From assembly GCF_009914755.1 (NCBI RefSeq), contig NC_060944.1: a stretch of DNA of 64,000 nt; one strand, given 5' to 3'. Below are positions 1-14,856 of this stretch, one piece after another. This DNA is from the human T2T-CHM13v2.0 reference genome, Homo sapiens. Position numbers and translations under genes: made by a program. Below the pieces are notes generated by a model, which saw only the letters and a program-made list of their open reading frames with translations, searched no databases and was not told the DNA's origin. Every line of letters begins with the position of its first letter. The stretch's first letter is position 1.

Positions 1-759
1 TAAAAGAGGATTGTGCTGATATTTGAACTGTTCTATAGTTATACATCAGACTGTGGCAGCAATTACAAACATCATCCCTCCATGACACTTATTTTTCCCT
101 GCGGACTTGGAAATTTGTGGATTAGGCCTGACTGGTGAAAATGAGTGCGTTTAGCCTTTGAAGGAGCCTATTTCCAGTGATGGGGCAGGCTTCATGATGG
201 CAGAATTTGGCTCATTACCTGTAATGACTTTTGTGACTTAACAATCTGAGCAAAGTCCCCATCTGAGCAAAGTGATGGCTGCTATTTAGAGAACAGATCG
301 ATGCAACCACATATGACATCAATATTCTAGCTAATTAGAGTTTTACACACAGAGACCACTGGTAGAAGTCATAAAAACAATGGTGCCCCCTTTGTTGACA
401 GACCCTAACCTATTTCATGCTCAGCTCTTCTAATTCCCTGCCTCATAAAGAAATTATTTAAGAGGGTTTATTAAAGCTTTCAGCGTCCTCATAAAATAGT
501 CCTAGCATGGTAGGAAGAGGGTATTGATGGATTGTCCATTATTAGCTGTGTGTGAGATCTGGAGAAAGGGCTGATGCTTGTTGCGTCTCATGATGGAAGA
601 CCAGAAGTGCTTAATTACACTGAAGCACTATTATCCCAGCAGCAATTCTGTTATCACTATAAACACTTGAAATCTTTAGGATGAACTGCTCTGACTCAAT
701 AGTGGTAATTGACTGGAAAGGAGCATTTAAAAAGTTCTGCTTGTACCTTTCCACTTGTC

Positions 760-1275
760 TTGGGAACTCAAGTGTTCCTGCCTAAAACCTTCCAATGCCA
801 TCCCAGCACAGAAAGAATGTCCCGCCTCAGCCTCATGGGGTCCAGCCCCACTCACCTCTCCAGAATCATCTCCATCTACCCTGCACTTCTGGCATCCCTG
901 CCATCCTGGCTTTTTCTCTTTCTCAAACAAACCAAGGGTACTTTGCCCTGGCAGATTTTCTATTTACTGTTCTCTCAACTTGGAGTCTCTCTTCCCCTAG
1001 CTCTTCACAAGGCCAGCTCTTTTTTACCTCTAAGTTTTCAGCCGAAACATCACCTCCTCTAGGAGGCCTTCCTTTACTATTCAATCTAACATTATCCATC
1101 CCTCTTTCCCATCATCTGATTCTATTTTCTTCGTAACATTTTGTCATCGTAATACTTCCTTAATTTATCTGGTTTCTTATTGTCTGTGTTTCCTGATAGA
1201 ATATTAGTCCCATCAGGGCAGAAGTCTTTTTTTCTGTCTTGTCATTAATTTTAGCACCCAGAACTGTGATGCTTG
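760..1275 (+). mobile_element. L2 LINE 3' fragment
   Basis: Pyrimidine-rich L2 3'-type motifs (catcacctcctctaggaggccttcc; tagaatattagtcccatcagggcag...tagcacccagaactgtg). Boundaries approximate. Confidence 0.7.
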
Positions 1276-1281
1276 AATAGC

Positions 1282-1741
1282 TGTGTGAAAATAAGCAAAG
1301 ACCACTTAAATGAGAGCAAGTGAAGGCTACTTATTCAGAGCTTGTTCTGGCAAGAGAATCAACATCATTTGCATTTGGCAGAGACTCAAAGGTAGGTAGA
1401 GGAGTGGGAAAGCTCTGGAGTTAGAAAAAAGGGAGGGCTTCAGATGTGCACTGATTGGAGGCTGCTGGCATGAGGAAGCTGGAGGTGAGCTAAATAGATG
1501 TGGGGTATCCTACAGAATGGGTTACGGCGGGGTGTATTTGGCTTTCTCCAGTTGTTTTCACATTGGAAGCAGAGGCCAAATTTAGGGAGGCTGACAGTTA
1601 TTAATCAAGTCCTGGCCATTTTCAGCCAATTGCTACAGAGGCTGTGGTTTGGCTTCCAGCAGCAGTTGCTTCAGGTTGTGGGTAAGAGTTCTATTTTTAC
1701 ACACAGCCTGGTCATTGTCTGTTTGTGTATTCAGTCTCTCA
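1282..1741 (-). mobile_element. ERV1-class solo LTR (MER89/MER90-like)
   Basis: TG...CA termini. Minus strand begins TGAGAGACTGAATACACAAACAGACAATGACCAGG...AAAAATAGAACTCTTACCCACAACCTG, resembling MER4-group ERV1 LTRs. Subfamily tentative. Confidence 0.7.
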
Positions 1742-3219
1742 GAAGCAACTCAGCACACATTCTTTATTTAAGGTCTTTTCTGCTTTGATTTTGCATCTGG
1801 CATTCATTTTTCTACTCATTGTTCATATTTTTCTTCTTTCCCTCTTTCACAGAAAACCTTCTTTCTTTAGGACCTTATCTTTGGACAGATCATTTATCTC
1901 AAATGGCATTTTATTCATTGGGATCACACAACCATTATGCTTATACTACACATTGTTCCAATGGGATGTATACATAGGCATTAACCTGTCTCCAGGCTCA
2001 ATATTCCTAGTTCTTCCTGCTTATTACAAATCCAGGATTTCCTTTACAACATCTACCTCTGTTATTTTTCAGTCATATCCCACCACATCCACTAAATTCT
2101 TACTTTCCCACTATGCATGGGGTCTCTTTCTTTCTTTGTTGGGAACACACACAGCATTGAGTCTTTTCTGTAATGTTCAGATCACATCACTGCATTTGGT
2201 CTCTTCCATAATACAACATTGTCACTTAATTTCTTGCTTCTTTCTCAGCAGTTATCACTGAGATGCCCCAGATTATGGGCTACTCCAAGCACCAACATAG
2301 TTATTTCCTTGTACCTCTCTTACCACACAAAATAAAACTGTCCTTTAAGGGATAGAAATGGAAGTTTGTCATACTTGTTCACTAAATTTCTTTTAATTCC
2401 TGTGATTCTATGATTCTCTGTTAGACAAAGACACAGTTAGAGGCCTTCTTCTCACTCACCTAAGACTTCCTTACCTACAGGTCTTCCCTTTTATAGCTGA
2501 GTTGAAACAGAACTAAGTAAAAGAATCTCTATACTCTTAGAAGGCAAAAGCTTTAAAGAAAAGAAAAAGAAAAGAAAAAAAAAAACTGTGCCAGAAGGGC
2601 TTAGCGCTCCCCACAGTACCTTTTACCTCCCAGGTTTAAATGGCTTATTGTCCTGGTTGGCCAATTATCTAAATGCCATTTAGTCATAATTACCTTGATG
2701 AAAACTGTATTTATGCTCTCATTTTTCCTCTTTTGAGTGTGAAAACTTGGAGGACAGGAACCAAGTATGACATGGTTTATTTATAGAGCCAAGTCAGGGC
2801 TGGCTCACTGTGGGCACTTAAATGCTGTTGATAAATAATGCATACAGTAGAGCTCTGGTTGGAATTGGATTAAACCTTGAGTTCAAACGTGTTCTCCCTC
2901 TGGTTATATCTGCTTCATATCCTAGCAAAATGCATCAGTGAAGTTCAATATCAGTAACTAGAGGAGTGAGAAACCAGCCCCAAAGAACTAAGATTTTTGC
3001 ATTTTGAGCTATTGAGAATCTTTGTCCTAGAAACATAAATTTTCAGCTTGCTACAATGTTTTTGTTGCAGACACAGCAGTTGCCTTCTTCCAGCTGAATT
3101 AGAAATGCAAAATTGGCTTCATAGAATAGGCTGATAATTGCATTCTAAACATCATGTGTGCAATTTTTTTTAGCTTGCAGTTCAGATAGAGTCACATGTG
3201 AGACAGACTGCAAAAAAGA

Positions 3220-3530
3220 TGTGATAATCCTTGCCCTCGATGAACTTATAGTTTATCAGAAGTGATGAGAAGTAGACACATAACCATAATGAAAAATACT
3301 GGGAAAAAGAAGTTATCAAATATATAACAATGTGGTCCTACAGATAGATGTAGGACATCAACATCTACTTGGGATAAACTGCAAAGGACTTTATGAAGGA
3401 CATAGCACTTGTTAAAAATGTTAGAGAGCTGAAAGAAAACTGTAGGTAATATTAGAGATGACCTTTCAGATAGAACAGGGTGAATAAGGCACAGAGGAGG
3501 AAAAAGCATAATTTTGAGGAAAAGAAAAAC
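3220..3530 (-). mobile_element. L2 fragment
   Basis: Purine-rich antisense L2 motifs (tccttgccctcgatgaacttatagttta...). Confidence 0.45.
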
Positions 3531-3538
3531 ATTTAACA

Positions 3539-3709
3539 TGTGGCTCCTTGATCAGCAGCATCAATATCACCTGGAAGCTGCTAGAAACAACTCATTCTTG
3601 GGTCCAGCCTTGACCTTCTAAATAAAAATCTCTGGGTCTGGGGCCATAAGTCTGTGTTTTAGTGAGGACTCCAGGTAATTTGATGCATACTAAACTTTGG
3701 GACACCCTG
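3539..3709. mobile_element. MER5A-like hAT-Charlie MITE
   Basis: cagcagcatcaatatcacctggaagctgctagaaa...ctccaggtaatttgatgcatactaaactttgggacaccctg matches the MER5A pattern. Confidence 0.75.
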
Positions 3710-3869
3710 CTCTGAGAACAGGCAGAGAGCTAAATCTAAGCCTGCAGGAACAGATATGAGGTTGCATTATATTTTCCCCTCCTGCTTCCTCTTAGAACTG
3801 CTCCATCAAGTTTACCTTTGACCTGTTCCTCCAAATAATTCCTTCAGAAGAGTTTATAAATTTGGCTAA

Positions 3870-5160
3870 GTCCCCTTCCTTCTGAAAATGCTTTTTCTTG
3901 AGCCCACATTTCCTTCTAGTTCTTCTATCCAAACACGTTCCCCTTATCAGCTAACTTAAGCCACTGAGTCTGGGCTTCTTTTTCACTCCTCTTTGAAAAG
4001 CCCACTTGCTAATGTCATTGGACATCTCCTGATACTAAGACTACGGTACCCCTTACCTACCACCCCTTGCTTTTGCTACATATAACACTACGAATTGCCC
4101 TCTTCTTCTTGAAACGTAACACCTCTTTGACGTTTGCAGCCCATACATCCCTAGTGGTCCTGGATGTTTTGACTTATTTTTTACTTTCAGTTTAGGATCT
4201 CTCTGCCTTCTGTTTGTACTTGGTGTTTCTCAGTCTGCTGTCCTGAGTTCACTACTCTTCTCATTGCTTTCTCTCCAATGGTTTTACTCATTCTCATGGG
4301 TTTAAACATTTTCTATGTGTTGGTGACACACAAAATTGTATCTAGCCTTGACTGCTTTCCTAGACTTTAGAGTCATATATTCAACTTCTTGCTCAATATG
4401 CCTTCTTGATGCCAAGAAGAATATCAAAATCATACTGCTTAAAACTGTACTCCTCTTTCCCCTCCAATGGGTCTCTACTCCTGTAGGCCCATTTGTGATT
4501 ATTGGAACTAATTATGTCCCAAGCTAAAAGCCTCCCCTAGACAAACATCAAGGATTTTAATAAACCCTGAATATCATCTCCTTAACTTTTTTTGAATTCA
4601 ACTCCCAATTTCCATCTGTGATACTCTTGCATGAATTCAGGCTGCCATTATTTATAATAGGGACCACTTTCACAGCCTACTTCCTGTTCTTTAATTTTTC
4701 TTGCTTCCTTAAATTCTATATTTCCAAACACCTTCCCAGCGGTCTATAATATTATCATTCCATTCTCTGCTTCACACCTACTAAAGGTTACTTCCTTACA
4801 TAAGAAAGAATCTATGGCCTGCCTTTACTTACCTTTTACTGTCTCATCTCTCACCACTCCCTAGCTTACTATTTATGACTTAGCAATATTCATCATGTAT
4901 AAAACACTTCTTGTTTCCCTGCTATGTTTGTATTATCAGTTCTATCAGCTATGTTCTTTCTGTGAGTAACTCCTACTCAGCCCTGGAGATTCAGCTTGGG
5001 TGTAGCATCTTCCAGGAAGACTTAGACTGAGTCAAGTGCCTGGCTTTGTGCTTTTATATCATTCTGTGTATAGGATTAACATGGTGCTTAGTCCACTGTA
5101 CTGCTGGCATCATTTCCTCTGCTTGTCTTCTCTGGACTGCAAGATCCTCAGTGCTTTCAT
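3870..5160 (+). mobile_element. L2 LINE fragment (degraded)
   Basis: Successive L2 ORF2/3' motifs (tctcagtctgctgtcctgag, tatattcaacttcttgctc, gcatcttccaggaag, gactgcaagatcctcag). Confidence 0.65.
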
Positions 5161-6501
5161 TTTCTGCAGTTACCATAATGCTCTTTATTGATCTTTATTT
5201 TAATCTTTATTTTATTTAAAATTGAATTTTCCACTTCCATTTATTCTTAAATTTTATTTTAGCCAGACTTTCTTGAATCTATTTTGATACCCCTCGTTGA
5301 GAATTGTACTTATTTTCCCAGTTTCAGTTTATTGATTACTTGCCTTCTTTCATGGAAAGAAATGAAGATATATTCTCCAAATTTTGTTGTGAATTCTAGA
5401 ATCATTTTTCATATATGTATATATTTTTATGAAACTTTTTTCCCTTTAATCCTATATGTTAAAGGAAAAACAGCTGATATTGCATGATGAGTTCAAATGT
5501 TTTCCAATTAAAATGGGGGTTGACTGGCTTTATGGCCTACCTTTTCCTTCTGGCATCAAACCAAGCCAGAGATAGATTCAAACACTTTTCTACCTCTCCC
5601 AATTTACTTTCCTCCACTCTCACACCCAAAATGGTTCATCTTGAAGGTCCTCGGGCAGGGTTCTTTCCATTTCTACCCTGTCTTCCAAGGCTTACCCTTA
5701 TATAACTAAACATTTCAGGACACAACCTGTCTCTAAGCCTCCCACTCTACCTTCTGCCACAGTGCATGCTGGAAGCCACAGTTTCCTGAGGACGAAGTAA
5801 AAAAGATGCAGGTGGGGCCCAAGGTGGAGGGAGAACCCTCAGGATAGCTCAGGGCATGACTTCTTAGCTTTTGGGACATGGCTTCCCATCTTTCAGAATC
5901 ACGCAGCCCCTTCATCTAGGATGTAATACAAAGAGTGAGAATGAATCAGTCTTCTTCTGTCTTCTCTCGGCCTATTTTGAACTTGCTCTGAGTATAGAGC
6001 AAGTATTGTGTAGTTTAAAATTAAAGTCCCTAACCCAACCCATTTTGGTTGTAGTTAGTAGAAATTCCCTTCCCACATGGCATCTGGTCTTCTCTTAACT
6101 TTCGTTTGCATTGTTATTTCCAGTGTTGTTTTTTTCTTTAATTTGTTTATATTTGTGGGTATTTTAATAAAAGATAGAAAAATACATGGCAGGCTCAGTT
6201 ACTTTGCTACTATTTAATCTAGAAATCATGTGTATATATTCTAAGGAAAAGCTTCATAGAGAACAATTTTTAATTAAATACAAATAAGAGCATTTGGGCA
6301 GGCTCCTTTTTGATTGAATTTCACTATCAGGAAACACTGAGAGAACCAAGTCACAGGGCTTCACCCTCCTGCCAAAGAGCTGTACTTCAAATCTTCTCCT
6401 ATAAGCAAACTATTCTTCTGCTCATAGTTTATTTATGTCTGTGAATATCTGGAGATTTTAGTAGCAGTCGTGGTGGACAGAAATTTTTTGTACCCTGGAA
6501 A

Positions 6502-6775
6502 TGTAGTGTGGTGCTTAGGCATATCAGCTCTGGAGTCAGAGAGCCTGGGGTCAAATCCCAGCTCCATCTTGCACTGAATGTGTTTCTGTTCTAGTTTTTG
6601 AACCACTCTGTGTATAGTTTCCCCAACTGTGAAAATGGAAGCAATACACAAAGTATCTTCAACTCCTTAATACGATGATGATTTAATACAAGTATTGTAA
6701 GTAATCAATACAGTAAAATCCTGAGAGGAGTATCTGACATGTTATAGATTTTCAACATAATGTTCTTTGTTGTTA
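6502..6775 (+). mobile_element. MIR SINE
   Basis: gctctggagtcagagagcctggggtcaaatcccagctcc...agtttccccaactgtgaaaatgg (MIR core). Confidence 0.8.
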
Positions 6776-7511
6776 TTAAGAGAAACATGGTTTTCTTACA
6801 TATTTTAAAACATATACAACTTAAAAACTTTAAAACTAATTAAATACTTTTTATCTAGAATGCTTTCTCTAGTCATCTTTCTAACTTCTTTGTATAATTC
6901 CATTAAAATTGTTTCAAAAGGAGCTTACTCGTTTTCTGTCCTTACAATTTGATATTTGTCAGTGTTGCATTTTCCTCAATCTCAAGTGACAGGGAGGAGC
7001 TGTTCAGCTTTGCCTTGCTCCTTTCTCTGCCATGCCGTGGGAGTAATGTTACTGACTATAAAGTTTTCATAAAATTGCTCACTGTCACTCCTGGGACACC
7101 CACAGTAATGATTAACCCAGCATGAATGGTGCATTGTCACAAACTCTGATGAGATGTGTGCAAAACTTTAAAAATAACTCGCTTCCTCTTCTCAAGCCAA
7201 TGCTCCCATTAGGCAAAGAAGAGCCCAGGAACTGCTGAAAAGTGGGTGGGACAGGAATATTTGGAGCCTGCTCTGCTATTTTAAAGTTTAATATCTTGTT
7301 GTTAGGTTTGTATTTTCAAAGCATGGCCATCCAACCATGTGGCACTGAAAAACACAGCTGCCGGAGTCAGATGGGTGGCAGGGGTGGTGACTCATTATAT
7401 ATCTCTGGGATCACTGGCCAATTAAAATGATTTGCCCTAGAACCTGGGGAAAGAGCAAACCCCAGAGTCCTGCTCTCATATACTAAACATGAAATTAAAT
7501 AGATTTGGTAG

Positions 7512-7622
7512 TATGGTTACCAAATGACCTGGGATGATTGGGACTATTCTGGTTTTAGCACTAAAAGTCCCACTTCCTGGGACCCCCTTAGTTCAGAGTA
7601 AACAGAACAGATAGTCATTCTG
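7512..7622 (+). mobile_element. MER81-like hAT-Blackjack MITE
   Basis: gggactattctggttttagcactaaaagtcccacttcctgggaccccc with degenerate terminal inverted repeats. Confidence 0.7.
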
Positions 7623-7639
7623 CCAGGAATTAAGCTACA

Positions 7640-7830
7640 GCTTTGCCATTTAGAAGCAGGTATATGAACTTGGATAGACCATGTGGCCTAATTCCCAAGG
7701 CCTAAGTCCTCTTTTATAATGTGGAAATAATAATATCTGCTTAGCAATATTATGAGAATCAAATGCAATATTGTCCATTAAGGAGTTCTGTGTCCAGTGA
7801 CATACTATGCCAATGTCAGCAGATGCAATC
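7640..7830 (+). mobile_element. MIR fragment
   Basis: cctaagtcctcttttataatgtggaaataataatatctgc...tgagaatcaaatgcaataa-type core. Confidence 0.55.
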
Positions 7831-10765
7831 ATTGAAGATGTTGTTCCTCTGAGCCACAAAGGACTACCCGGAGAAATACAGGATGGAGGTGGTTAGACAG
7901 GCTTAAAGCCTGTGTCTAGAAGACTTCTCCAAAGCAATGGTGAGCATGACTCCACAAGCAATTGTCTCAAAGTTGGCAGAAGAATTCAAAAGAAGTTTAG
8001 AGGTGGGGGAGAAAGAAAGTGGGGTGTCACAAAGATCCATTGCATGAGATGACTCCAAATTTTACTCAATTCTTGCAGTGTGCTGAGGGCATAGGTGCCC
8101 ACCCAAAACTTTGTATGTGGCCTGGAGTAGCCTGGATTTTCTCTTGGAACCTGCTATTCTTATATGTAGAATATATGTACAATGAAGAACCATTTTACAT
8201 AGACTCAGTTGTCTCTCTACCCTTCCAGCTGTAAAGCTATACCATACCAATGCCTTTCAGGCATTAGCAATTGAGGGAGATGCAGGTTGTCTCCTGAACT
8301 CAATCTTTCTTAGGTCTCAGGCCATTGTCTTTTTTACTTGGTTACATATTTCTTTGATTTTTCACCTTGCTCTCTTCTTACCTCCTTTGTATATGTTTTG
8401 CTCTTATTTCCCTGTTTGCTCTAGAATATTACATTCCATGAAGGATGTGCAATTCACCTATCTTGTTGACTGTCATCTCTCACAACCAGCCTGGGAGGTG
8501 ACCAGCCAATACCTGTTAAATGAAAGAGTGGACTGGACGTTAGATCTGTTATATCTGTTATATTCTACAGATCACAAGTCACACCAGCTTTATGTTCTTT
8601 AAATAAATAATGATCGAATACATTAAATGACCCAAGTATGAGTAATGAAGTTAGAGATAACATAAACTTTCTGCCTGTGATATTTTATTTTCTTTCAAAA
8701 TCAATCTTTGGTTAAAGTTAATAATGAAGAGGGCAAAGATCTGAACCATACAGTTTTTAGACACCTTTAATGCAAGGATGTTGCAGACTTTTAGATATGA
8801 GAATGGTGGATTATAGCTTAAAGAGCAGATAGCTTATTGAAAATTTAAGGTAATCAGCAATACTTTTCGAACAATTACCTCAACTGTTAGCTACCACTTA
8901 CCCTGAAACTCTTCTTTCTCTTCATCTCACAGATTGTCAGTATCATCTAAAGTAAAAGATGGTAATGCATTCACAGTGTGAATGTGGTGAATTCTACTTC
9001 TTTGATGGTGGTAAATTGCCTGAGATGATCTCCTCTTCCTTCCACCTCTCTCTCCCAAATCAGCCATGGGATGTTGACTGGCATTAAAATAAGAACAACA
9101 ACAGGGCAGGCAACAAAGGGGATAAGGAAGAGAAGGGAGGGTATGTATAACTCAGACTAGGTCTGCTCCCACTATATGATTTGCAGCAGATGTTATCTGT
9201 TCAACTCAAACAGCTGATCCTTGATTTAAAGATAATTTGTTTATTATTATACTAAATGGAGCCCATAAATCTCTATTATAGGCTGATGAGAACGGAAGAA
9301 AATAGTGTATGATGAAAGCACCAAACAGAACACATTTTTCCTAGCTTCATTCTCTCCTATAATCTCAAACACTGATAAGCAATATTGACATTTTCAAAGA
9401 GGCTTATAAGCAGTAAGCAATTCGAGTTTTATATAGTAAATGTGTCTTGAGTTACATTTTCAAGTGGAAGTTGGGCTTAGCTTTGGTAATCTACCAAGCA
9501 GTATGTTTTGGTGCTGGCTGAGTCTTGTCCTGAAAGTCTGTGCTCTTTCAAGCTTCTTGTGTACGTTCCACTCCCCTGGGTTCACGTTCTCAGGGAGAAA
9601 ATTGGATGCACAAAGAATGGAGTTTGCATAAGGCCCTTGTAAGCCTGATTATGGGTATTTACACAGCTGTAATCATTATAAATAAATTACTTCATAAATT
9701 TCAACAAATGAAATCATGTCATGTTATTTTGTCTGCTTTTTCTCTTCTTTGTGCCGCCAAGTCACCAGTGTATCATTTATTTCGGCTCATTTTTGTGAAA
9801 ATGAGATTTAAGGCATAGTCCAGTTACAGCATCTGAGAGCCACTGCTCTCCCACCTCAGTGTTTATCTTTTCTGTTGGAGAGAAAAAATGACAGAAAATA
9901 AAATATCTAATGCACTGATACAGGAACACATATGTAGTGTTATGTTTCTGGAGGATTTTTCTTTTCTTTTGTTAGGTATGTTAAGGTATTGTTTATATGT
10001 AATAAAATTCACATTTTATAGGGACAGTTCTTGGAGTTTTGACAAAAGTGTAGCCATATGGCCACAACTAGGATTACCATATAGAATATTTCTATCACCT
10101 CAAAGAGTCCTACACCTCCATCTTCTACTATTGTTATGTTTTCTGTCCCTGTAGTTTTTCCATTTCCAGACTGTCATATAAAGGAAATCATGCAGTGTGC
10201 AGCCTTTTGGTCTAGCTCTTCTTTTACTTAGCTTAATGTTTTTCAGATTCATCCCTGTTTATGTGTATATCAGTAGTTCATTTCTTTTTATTGTTGAGTG
10301 GTATTTCATTGCATCAATGTATCACAGTGTTGTATCCATTCCTAAGTGAGAGACATTGGGTTATTTTCAGTTTGGTGTTATGAATAAAGCTTCCTATATA
10401 CATAGTTGTGCGGGTCTTTTGTGGATATGTCTTCATTATTTTTGGGTGAATACCCAGGAGTAGGATTGCTGCCTCATATAGCAAATATACGTTTAACTTT
10501 ATAACAAATGGCAAACTGTTTCCAAAGTGTCGGTACCATTTTACATTCCCACCAGTAATGGATGAGGGATCCAGTTGCCTCCACCTTCTCCTTAGTAGTA
10601 GGTGTTGTTGAGTTTCATTAAAAAAAAAATTCTGATTGTTTGGTGACATCTCATTGTGTTTTTTATTTGCATTTTCCTTATGCCTGATGATGTTGAGCCA
10701 TTTTATGTGCCTATTAAACATTTTTGTACCTTCTTTGGAGAAATGTCAATTTAAATTCTTTGCCA

Positions 10766-11745
<980 letters not shown>

Positions 11746-14235
11746 CCTTCTCTTCACTTTATATTTTTGTCTTTTTGAGTTTTAGAAGTTTTTTTTTTAT
11801 ATTCCAGAGACTAGAGCCTTATCAAATATATGATTTGCAAATATTTGCTCTCATTCTGTGAGTGTCCTTTGATGCAAAAAGGTTTTTACTTTATAATGAA
11901 GTCTAATGTATTTATTTTTTTCTTTGGTTGCTTGTGCATTGGATATCATATCTGTAAAACCATTGCCTAATTCAAGGTCGTTATGACGTACGTTTGTTTT
12001 CTTCTAAGAGTTTTATAGTTTTAGTTCTTGCTTTTAGGTTTTTGATCCATTTTGAGTTGATTTTTCCATGTTGAGATAGGAATCCAAATTTGTGTTTTGT
12101 GTGTGGCTAGCCAGCCGTCCTAGCACCATTTGTTGAAAGGGCTAAGCTTTCCCTGTTGAATTTTCATGGCACAATTTGATAGGAAAAGAATTGATATTTT
12201 CAATCAATTGGCAATAAATGCATACTGTTATTTCTGGACTCTCAATTTTATTCCATTTATCTATATGTTTTCCCTTATGCTAGCTTCACACAGTCCTTGT
12301 TACTGTAAATTTGTAATCTGTTTTGAAACTAGAAAAAGTAAATCCCTCCATTTTATGTTTTCTGGATTGGTTTGGCTAGTCTGAGTGCCTTCCATTTATA
12401 CATGACTTTTAGTATCAGCTTGCCAGTTTCTGTAAAATGATGACTGGAATTTAGATATAGATTGATTAAATCTGCAGATCAATATGGGGATTATTGCAAT
12501 CTTAACGATATTAGGTCTTCCAATTTGTGAATATGGAATATTGTTTCATTTATTTAGGCCTTCTTTTATTTCTTTCAGTGATATTTTATAGTTTCTGGTG
12601 TACAAATCATGTACTTAATGGGTTAAATTTATCATAAGTATTTTACTCTTTGTGATAGTATTTTAAATGGATTAATTCTCTAAATCTCATTTTGGAATGG
12701 TCTTTGTTCATGTATAGAAATACAACTGATTTGGTACATTGATCTTGATCTTGTATCTTGCAAACTTGCTAAATTTTATAAGCTCTAATAGTGTATTTGT
12801 GCCAGATTTATGGTTTTTGATACGTAAGATATGTAAGATATGTTTCATTCCATTCACTTGTTTCTTTCCATTTCCCTTGTTTCTTGTTTCTTTCTTTCCT
12901 TTTATTTCTTTTACTAGCCTATTTCCCAGGATACTACCTCCAGTACAATGTTGAATAGAAGTGGTGAAAAAAGGAGAAAGATTCTTAGGAGGTAAACTTT
13001 CAGTATTTCACTGTTAAGTATGTATTTTTTATAGATGTATGCGTTTTTCATAGATGTCCTCTATCAGGTTGAGGAAGTTCTCCTCTGTTCCTAGTATATT
13101 GAGTGTTTTTATCAGAAACTTGTATTTTGTCAAATGCTTCTTTTGTGTTTGTTTTGGATTTTTGTATCCTTGATTCTATTACTATGATTAATTATAATGT
13201 TTGTTTTGTGAGCCAATCTTGCATTCCTGACATAAATCCCAATGGGTCATGGTGTATATATATTTAAATATGCTTCTGGGTTTAGTTTGCAATATTTTGT
13301 TGAGGATTTTTTTTTCTAATTTTTAAAGAGGGAACATTAGTTAGAAATTTAGGGGGAAATTTAGGTTGTTGATTGGAGATCATTATTTTTAATGTAGGTT
13401 CTTAAAAGTATAAATTTTTCTTTGAACACTGTTTGCAGTGCATCTCATAAGTTGTGGTATATTGTGTTTTCATTTTCATCTGTCTCAAAGTATTTCCCAA
13501 TTTCCCATAAAATTTTGTTGACATATTGTTTATTTAGAAATGCATTTTGTAATTTACACATAATTTTGAATTTCCGAAATTTCCTTCTGTTCTTGGTTTC
13601 TAATTTCCTTCTACTGTGAAATGCTTTGTAAGATTTCAGTCATTTTAAATTTATTGAGACCATTTATAGCCTACCATCTGTTAAAGAATGTTTCATCAGC
13701 ATTTCTGATAGAGAAGAATATTTATTCCACTGCTGTTGGGTTGAGTACTGCTTAGGTGTCTGTTAGGTCTAGTTGGTTTATAGTTTATGTTTCAATCTTC
13801 TGTTGTCTTGCTGATCTTTTGTCTAGTTTTTCTATCCATCATTGAAAGTGAGATTGAAATATCCAAAATTTATTGCTGAATTTTCTATTATTCCTTAAAT
13901 TCTTTCAACTTTTACTTAATGTGTTTTGAGACTCTGTTGCTATTTGCATACGTGTTTATAATTAGTATATCTTCTTCAACTATTGACCTTTTATAATTAT
14001 ACAATTTCTTTGTCTCTAGTAACAATTTTTTGTTCTAAAATCTATTTTGTCCTATGTTAATAGAACCAATCTAGCTCCCTTTTGGAATCTGTTTGCGTAA
14101 TATATCTTTCCCAATACTTTTACCTTCAACCCACTTATGCCTTTGAATTTCAAGGTTGTCTCTCATAGACAGCATACTAGTTTATTGTTTTATTTTTAAG
14201 TCAATTCCACCAAACTCTATCTTTTAATTGGAGAT

Positions 14236-14291
14236 CATAGTGGGTTGATCCGTTGTCCCCTCACAAGTGATCAAACCACTATGACTATATA

Positions 14292-14349
<58 letters not shown>

Positions 14350-14856
14350 TACCTTATACCTGTGGGTGTGAACTTGTTTGGAAAAGGGGTCTTTGAAAAT
14401 GTAATCAAGTTAACATCTTAAGATGAGATGAATTCTGGGTATGGGGGAGGGAGGCTTAAATCCACTGACTGGTGTCCTATTTTGTGTCATGTTTATTCTT
14501 TATTCTATTTTCATGGTTAATTACAATGATTGTTGTAATTAATCATATTACATGTAAGTAAAGAGAAAGAGAAAAATTTGACACACAGAAGGGAAAACGA
14601 TGTGAAGGCAGAGGTTGAAGTTAGGCAATTCTCTGCGTATTCCTTGGTAAGGAATAACAAGGATTGCTGGCAACTACTAGACATTAGGAGAGAAGCTGTG
14701 GAATAGCTTCTCCTTCGGAGCCTCCAGGAGGAACCAACTCTGCTGACACCCTGATCTCAGATTACTGGCCTCCAGAACTGTGAGAAAATGAATTCTTGAT
14801 GTTTTAAATGACCCAGTTTGTGGTATTTTGTTACAGCAGCCTTAGGAAACTGATAG
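14236..14856 (+). mobile_element. MLT1B/C-like MaLR LTR
   Basis: ggagcctccaggaggaaccaactctgctgacacc...ggcctccagaactgtgagaaaatgaattc...ttgttacagcagccttaggaaactgata. Confidence 0.85.
14287..14346. repeat. (TG)n(TA)n microsatellite inside the MLT1 LTR
   Basis: Directly visible, with about 23 uninterrupted TA units. Confidence 0.95.

Noticed and set aside
244-273. 13-bp direct repeat atctgagcaaagt, and similar micro-duplications at 17320-17361, 42660-42691, 46012-46041 and 59870-59904
   Set aside because: Ordinary slippage-size duplications with no further structure.
709-2261. Longer ORFs (117, 113, 96 and 178 aa)
   Set aside because: They overlap L2 and LTR relics or T-rich low-complexity DNA. 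The products are Leu/Phe/Ser-rich with no recognisable domain or exon structure.
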